The notes under the pieces: model-generated
Told to the model about the DNA's origin: nothing
Database searches by the model: none
The model's input: the letters and a program-made list of their open reading frames with translations, nothing else
Position numbers and translations under genes: made by a program
In this document: positions 45,974 to 51,121 of the stretch, piece after piece
Position numbering within the stretch: position 1 is the first letter of the stretch
How the letters are laid out: every line of letters starts with the position of its first letter
DNA from: Bacteroidota bacterium
Lineage (GTDB): Bacteria > Bacteroidota > Bacteroidia > CAILMK01
DNA: 51,121 nucleotides
Assembly: GCA_026391915.1 (NCBI GenBank)
Contig: JAPLCZ010000168.1
Span: 1-51,121, forward strand
Direction: 5' to 3'

Positions 45974-47425
45974 TTATTCTGTTTTGGTTTTTATAAGTCG
46001 TAGGAAAAATTTCAGGTTAAATAACCCAAAAACGAATGCAAAGGTAATGTTTAAGCCCAAAAGAAACAGAAGAGAGATATGCCAAGGGAATGAGAGGTAG
46101 CTCTTCAATAAGAAACTTGATACGGCAACCAAAATAAAAACCCCACTTCTCAATAAAGAATTCATTTTTATTTTGATGCTAAAGAGTTGATGTGCCTTTA
46201 GCATTTGGCTACCACTTACTGCCAACTGTGTAACCAATGTGGCAACCACAGCACCCATGGCCTGGTACTTTGGGATGAGGATAATATTCAAAATTACATT
46301 GCCTACTAAACCAACCGCAGAGCTAATATTCAAGAACCGAATATTGCTATTGGCGGTAAGCAAAGTGCCAAAAATATAGATGGTACAAAGCGCCAAAAAA
46401 GTAAACATCAGGCAGCCAAACATCATGGCGCTTTCTTTTGCGGCATCACCATAAAGCAACACCATAATTTCTCCTCTATAAAAATAACTACAAAGGCAAA
46501 TAATAAATGCCGGAACAATCAACAAAGTAAAACTATTTGTGGCGGTTTTCCCCACATCTTCCCCCCGCTGAATCATCCCACTAAAAACGGGTAAAAGGAT
46601 GGTGGCAAAAAGAAATGCAATCATATTTACCGCATCCAATAATCTATAAGCAGAGGCATAAACTCCTGCCTGAGTTGCCCCCGTATTTGCAGGTAACATT
46701 CTCTCAATCATAATGGCATCAATGCGGGTGTACATGGTCATTAAAATAGTTAGCAAAGCATAGGGATAACTCTTTTTTATCACCTCCAAAATGAAGCTAA
46801 AGTTTAACTCTGGTTTCATGAATTTGGTTTTATTGATCACTACAAAAAATGCTATTAACGCAACCGTGGCGTAAGATATTGCCTGTGCATACACAAAATA
46901 TTCTATCTTAAACTGATGAGGGAAAATACCGCCCCACAGAAGCAGACTACAAATAATAATCATCAGCAATCTATCCAGCACAGAGAAGATGCTATCTGTA
47001 TTAAAAAGATGCAGCCCAGCAAGGTAAGCGCGTGAGTAAAGTATAAGGGATGAGAGTACCTGATTCAGTGCCATCCAACCCAAAAGATAAAAGGCTATGC
47101 TATCATAATGCAGCACAAAAGCCCCAACTAAACTTATGACTAAATAGAGCACAGCCAACCCAATTTTTAAGGGCATAAAAGAGGTAAAATACTTACCCGC
47201 CAATGCCCCGTTTTGCGCCACATTTTTATTGATAAAAGTATGGATGCCGGGGTCTAATATTATCTGAAACAGAAACGATAAATTAAACAACGAATAATAC
47301 AACCCATAGTCTGCGACACCCACGGTTAGCTGCACATTTCTATCAATCCCCAACAGCCAAAAAGGTTTGATGAGGAGATTGAGAGAAATTAAAAGAAACA
47401 GGCTACGATAATGCCTTGGTTGCAT
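45974..47425 (-). CDS. Wzx-type oligosaccharide flippase
   Basis: About 14 TM helices; LDPGI, YTRIDAIMI, AGVYASAYRL and GAVVATLVTQ. Confidence 0.9.
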   Translation of the reverse strand: MQPRHYRSLFLLISLNLLIKPFWLLGIDRNVQLTVGVADYGLYYSLFNLSFLFQIILDPGIHTFINKNVAQNGALAGKYFTSFMPLKIGLAVLYLVISLVGAFVLHYDSIAFYLLGWMALNQVLSSLILYSRAYLAGLHLFNTDSIFSVLDRLLMIIICSLLLWGGIFPHQFKIEYFVYAQAISYATVALIAFFVVINKTKFMKPELNFSFILEVIKKSYPYALLTILMTMYTRIDAIMIERMLPANTGATQAGVYASAYRLLDAVNMIAFLFATILLPVFSGMIQRGEDVGKTATNSFTLLIVPAFIICLCSYFYRGEIMVLLYGDAAKESAMMFGCLMFTFLALCTIYIFGTLLTANSNIRFLNISSAVGLVGNVILNIILIPKYQAMGAVVATLVTQLAVSGSQMLKAHQLFSIKIKMNSLLRSGVFILVAVSSFLLKSYLSFPWHISLLFLLGLNITFAFVFGLFNLKFFLRLIKTKTE

Positions 47426-47509
47426 ATTGGGTTCAAAAGTAAAGCTGTAATTGTTAAGATAGCAGAACTAGAAATCCTAAAACCTCCTTGCCACTTCGGA
47501 TATCCCGAA

Positions 47510-48256
47510 TTATTTCTTCTTAAATAAAGAGTATTTTGCCAAGCCCGCCTTCTGCAAAAAGTACTTAAAAGAAACATTTAAAACTCCTAACCCATAAGTA
47601 ACACTCCGACTAAAATTAATTGATGAGGCTTCCTCAAAATACTTTGTGGGGCAGGTAACCTCTGCAATCTCAAAGCCTGCAAAAAATACCTGTGCAGTTA
47701 TCTCGTTATCAAATACAAAATCGTTTGAGTTTTGGTTGTAGTTAATAGCCTCCAACACCTCTTTACTATAAGCCCTATAGCCGGTATGATACTCTGATAG
47801 CTTTTGATTCATCAATATATTTTGGCTAAGGGTAAGGAATCTATTGGCAATATATTTATACATGGGCATACCGCCTTTTAGCGCGCCTTTACCTAAAATT
47901 CTGGAGGCAAATACCACAGGGAATAATCCTGATGCAATAATGTTTGCAATGCTTGGTATTAAGAGTGGGGTATATTGATAATCTGGGTGCAGCATAATTA
48001 CTATGTCGCCACCAATTTCAAGGGCTTTGTTGTAGCAGGTTTTCTGGTTGCCACCATACCCTAGGTTATTCTCATGGCGTATGATGTATTTAATCCCAAG
48101 CCTCTTCCCTACCTCAAGAGTATTATCAGGGCTGGCATCATCCACCAATATCACCTCATCCACAATATCAAAAGGAATTTCTTGATAGGTTTGTTCAAGA
48201 GTAAGTGCTGCATTATAGGCTGGCAAAACCACTACTATTTTCTTTCCATTTATCAT
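47510..48256 (-). CDS. Glycosyltransferase family 2
   Basis: VVLPAYN, LVDDAS, NLGYGG, LHPDYQY and EYHTGYR. Confidence 0.95.
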   Translation of the reverse strand: MINGKKIVVVLPAYNAALTLEQTYQEIPFDIVDEVILVDDASPDNTLEVGKRLGIKYIIRHENNLGYGGNQKTCYNKALEIGGDIVIMLHPDYQYTPLLIPSIANIIASGLFPVVFASRILGKGALKGGMPMYKYIANRFLTLSQNILMNQKLSEYHTGYRAYSKEVLEAINYNQNSNDFVFDNEITAQVFFAGFEIAEVTCPTKYFEEASSINFSRSVTYGLGVLNVSFKYFLQKAGLAKYSLFKKK

Positions 48257-48276
48257 GGTGCGAAGGTAGAAAACTG

Positions 48277-48304
48277 TTGTCAGTTGACAGTTATCAATTG
48301 TCAG
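48277..48304. repeat. Four tandem degenerate heptamers
   Basis: ttgtcag ttgacag ttatcaa ttgtcag. Confidence 0.6.
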
Positions 48305-48318
48305 AAAAGAAAGCTCCT

Positions 48319-49311
48319 CTAATACTTTTCGTATTGGTATTTCATGGTTCTTGGATTCCTCTTTTCAACACAACTTATGTAAGTAATTACTCCTCCCAAA
48401 TCATAAGCATAAGTGTATATAGCATATATTTTACTGCTTCTGGGCTTATAATACTTAACTGAAACGGGTTTATTTTGTGCATCATATTCTGCCTCATAAG
48501 TAGTGTAAAGTTTAGGTTTCCTACTATTTGAAACTTCCTCTTTTATTAGGTTATCATTTTTGTCATAGGTGAATCTCGTTAAATAAATCCTTCCTCTTTT
48601 ATAATGATTTTCTACCATTTTCATTTTGTTTCCCTTGCTGTCATATTCATATTTAATGCAGGCTCTATTGGTATCCTCATCCATCTCCTTTGCTGTTTTT
48701 GGTAAGGTAGCACAATCATAAGAGTATACATCTTTTAATTTGTTTTTGCCGTTATACCATCTTGCTGCCTTCTTGCTGCCATTAGGGTAATAATCATACT
48801 CCCACTTAAAGAGAGGCTTTCCCTTTTCCTTTGTTACTACCATACTTGTATTATTGTCACTAGTATCATAAGTATATTCATACTTACTAAACACATTTCC
48901 CTTTTTGTTATAGCCAGTAGATACTAAAATCATCTCCTTAGAATTTCGTCTGGTTTCCCATTTCTCACGCAATTTTCCATTATTATAAGTTTCATAAATA
49001 TATGTTTCCCCATCCTTGTCAATGATACTCTGACTTCTGATAATTAATACTTCCTTCTTTCCGTAAATAGAATAAGCGCTTTGTTTTCCCTCTGTTGAAT
49101 ACTCAACTACTGAATAAAGCCTTGTTTTCCCATTCTTATCCGTAATGTATTGCTTCGCATTTTTTAGGTGATTCTCCTTTATTTTTTTATAAACAACATT
49201 TGTCTTCATCCGTTGTGCCTGTATTTCATCCTTACTCATTTCCCAATCATATTGTGCAAAGCAATTAGCAGAAAAAAAGAGTAGTGCGGCAATAAAAAAT
49301 AAGTTTCTCAT
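48319..49311 (-). CDS. Secreted Lys/Tyr-rich beta-repeat (YD-like) hypothetical protein
   Basis: Signal peptide plus repeated YxYDxxxN motifs. Confidence 0.8.
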   Translation of the reverse strand: MRNLFFIAALLFFSANCFAQYDWEMSKDEIQAQRMKTNVVYKKIKENHLKNAKQYITDKNGKTRLYSVVEYSTEGKQSAYSIYGKKEVLIIRSQSIIDKDGETYIYETYNNGKLREKWETRRNSKEMILVSTGYNKKGNVFSKYEYTYDTSDNNTSMVVTKEKGKPLFKWEYDYYPNGSKKAARWYNGKNKLKDVYSYDCATLPKTAKEMDEDTNRACIKYEYDSKGNKMKMVENHYKRGRIYLTRFTYDKNDNLIKEEVSNSRKPKLYTTYEAEYDAQNKPVSVKYYKPRSSKIYAIYTYAYDLGGVITYISCVEKRNPRTMKYQYEKY

Positions 49312-49352
49312 AGTAGGGGTTTTTTGTTTTTGTTAAACAAAGTTAAAGGTTT

Positions 49353-50096
49353 TTATCTATTCCCCATATTCCCTTGCCCAACATCTTTAAAGGTTGATTT
49401 ATCAACCCCATTTGGGAGTTTCATTTTATCTGCAGAGGGCGTTTCTTCTTTAATACTCTTCACCAAAATAGAAACTTGCATACCACCCATATTGAGTTCT
49501 GTTTTCATAGCTATATGTTGCCATGTGCATATTTTGCCTCCCAGTTTTTTCACATCCCATACATCACACTCCTTGCCCGCAATAGTTTCCTTTCCAGTTT
49601 TTACCCCGCCTAATTTCTTCATCATTTCATTGCTTACGGTTTCTGCATTTTTCATTTGTTCCGGAGTAAGTGCGTTAAAAATTGGGTTCTTCATTTTGGT
49701 GCCTTGCTTAGTTCCAAAGTCATAATTGTAAATCATATCGTCTTCAGTCAGGCTCATCTTGCTGGTGGTAATTGCTTGTTTGCCCATCTGCATTGTGGTA
49801 TTAGTATATTTGGCTTCCTTCCATCCATAGTCTTCAAAATACATGGTTTCTGTCCCATTCATCACACCTTTATATTCATACTCAACTACACCCCTTTCAA
49901 TGGAATATCGCCCATTGGGTTTATCACCTTTGGTGGGTTCTGTGGTTGGTGGGGTTGTAACAACCGACGTGTCTTTAGTTGTTTCAGTAGTTGCGTTTTC
50001 TTTCTTTTCGTTATTACATGCCGCTAAAGTGAGAAGCATTGCAACACTTATTAATTTTAAGATTTTCATTGTTTTACTTTTTGTTTGTTGGGGCAA
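49353..50096 (-). CDS. Hypothetical lipoprotein (DUF4412-like C-terminus)
   Basis: TLAAC lipobox, Thr/Pro linker, and GKETIAGKECDVW. The likely start is the second Met (MKILK). Confidence 0.8.
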   Translation of the reverse strand: MPQQTKSKTMKILKLISVAMLLTLAACNNEKKENATTETTKDTSVVTTPPTTEPTKGDKPNGRYSIERGVVEYEYKGVMNGTETMYFEDYGWKEAKYTNTTMQMGKQAITTSKMSLTEDDMIYNYDFGTKQGTKMKNPIFNALTPEQMKNAETVSNEMMKKLGGVKTGKETIAGKECDVWDVKKLGGKICTWQHIAMKTELNMGGMQVSILVKSIKEETPSADKMKLPNGVDKSTFKDVGQGNMGNR

Positions 50097-50122
50097 AGTA
50101 CGGCTATTTATGGTACTTTTAT

Positions 50123-50164
50123 AAAACAGCGAAGCCCCGAATAAATTCGTGGCTTCGCTGTTTT
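50123..50164 (-). terminator. Terminator of the PKD-T9SS gene
   Basis: aaaacagcgaagcc...ggcttcgctgtttt. Confidence 0.8.
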
Positions 50165-50183
50165 AGTTTTATTAGTTTAAAAT

Positions 50184-51121
50184 CTATTTCACCAATATCA
50201 CTTCTTTATTAACCACTGCATCACCAATGCTAATGCGGATTAAATAAACACCTGCTTTGTTGGAATTCCAATCAGCAGGGGTAAATGTAGTGTTATAGTT
50301 ACCTGAAATTAATTGTGCATCCACAAGAGTTGTAATCATTCTCCCTACCACATCATAAACAGTGATGTTTACTTTGTTAGAAGCAGCTAAAGAATAGTTA
50401 ATATTAGTTGCTTCCATAAATGGATTAGGGAAGATAGAAAGGTTATTTCCAATTCCTACAGAAACAATCCCTGTAATAGTAACAGTAGTAGAGTCAACGG
50501 CAGTACAGCCTTTACCATTATCAACAGTGAGCTTTACTTTATAGCTGCCGTTAGCAGTATAAGAATGTGTAGGGCTTTGTGTGGTGGATGTATTGCCATC
50601 ACCAAAGTTCCAGCTATAGCCACTATAAGTGGTGTTGCTTGGTGCAAAAGAGTAAGAAGTAGGAGATACTACAGTTGATGAGAATTTAGCATCAGGGTCT
50701 GCATCTACAGTAATTGCTTTACTCTTAGCAGCACTACAACCATGGTTGTTTGTTACACTAAGTGTAACTGTTTTGCTACCAGTTGAAGAATATTTGTGAG
50801 AAGGGTTTTGTAACGTATCTGTTGTTGCATCTCCAAAGCTCCAGCTATAAGTAGCAGAAGTTCCATTAAGGGTTGATGAATCTGTAAACATAACAGGGTT
50901 GCTTAAGCATGATGATGAAGCACCAAACTTAACCACAGGATTATCAAATACACTTACTGTTTTATTGATAGAGTCGGCACAGCCGCCAGCAGCAACAGTA
51001 ACAAGTGTTACGTTATAAGAACCTGCTTTTGAGTAGGTGTGAGTTGTACTCTTTGCTGTATCAAAACTTCCATCACCAAATCTCCATAGGCGGGTATATT
51101 TACCACCGAATGAGGTGTTAT
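50184..51121 (-). CDS. PKD-domain T9SS protein, 5-prime partial
   Basis: The frame stays open from 50936 to the window end (..LWRFGDG..HTYSKAGSYNVTL..). Three W(S/R/N)FGD PKD repeats; CTD IFPNP..GVYLI..VILVK. Confidence 0.92.
   Translation of the reverse strand, partial: NTSFGGKYTRLWRFGDGSFDTAKSTTHTYSKAGSYNVTLVTVAAGGCADSINKTVSVFDNPVVKFGASSSCLSNPVMFTDSSTLNGTSATYSWSFGDATTDTLQNPSHKYSSTGSKTVTLSVTNNHGCSAAKSKAITVDADPDAKFSSTVVSPTSYSFAPSNTTYSGYSWNFGDGNTSTTQSPTHSYTANGSYKVKLTVDNGKGCTAVDSTTVTITGIVSVGIGNNLSIFPNPFMEATNINYSLAASNKVNITVYDVVGRMITTLVDAQLISGNYNTTFTPADWNSNKAGVYLIRISIGDAVVNKEVILVK

Noticed and set aside
241-51121. Complete UGA=Trp reassignment (translation table 4) for the genome
   Set aside because: All other Trp codons inspected are TGG, and TGA is a natural stop at 1297, 3625 (T9SS CTD ends) and 22593 (ATGA overlap). 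Only partial readthrough remains plausible.
1-51121. Prophage, IS, integron, retron or DGR
   Set aside because: No integrase, transposase, reverse transcriptase or phage structural motifs in any ORF, and no TR/VR-like adenine-mismatched repeat pair was seen.

Overview
Gene-dense window from a Bacteroidota (Bacteroidetes) chromosome. The assignment rests on six proteins with T9SS type-A C-terminal sorting domains, TAnnTT(T/C)G -7 promoter boxes, A-rich non-SD translation starts, and Omp28 and HYC_CC_PP families. I see no rRNA, tRNA, CRISPR array, transposase, integrase or reverse transcriptase. Content in order: KirBac-type K+ channel; three tandem T9SS cargo paralogues; xth; prolyl oligopeptidase; an ABC ATPase; an accessory patch with a dense REP/REPIN mosaic; two tandem secreted MORN proteins; an HD protein; an Omp28-T9SS protein divergent from an uncharacterised five-gene envelope operon (two DUF1549/DUF1800-like helical lipoproteins, a Tat-exported DUF1501/AlkP-like protein, a CxxxxCH cytochrome lipoprotein and a small lipoprotein); GT9; a non-canonical PolX-PHP; a HYC_CC_PP/TonB receptor/HMA metal module; thiol-redox genes; an ECF sigma factor; comA; housekeeping genes; a Wzy/Wzz/Wzx/GT2 polysaccharide module; and a PKD-T9SS gene cut by the window edge. 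The most striking observation is missed by the ORF track. Two otherwise intact genes (2410-3378 and 13323-14324) each carry one in-frame TGA at exactly the codon that is Trp in the adjacent paralogue (codon 41 and codon 60), both in a TGA-AAT context. This suggests UGA-Trp readthrough, parallel TGG>TGA pseudogenisation, or a systematic base-call artefact. Also notable are several non-coding degenerate repeat arrays with 7/21/41-42-bp periods and frequent apparently leaderless starts. Family calls come from motif recognition only; no database searches were run.
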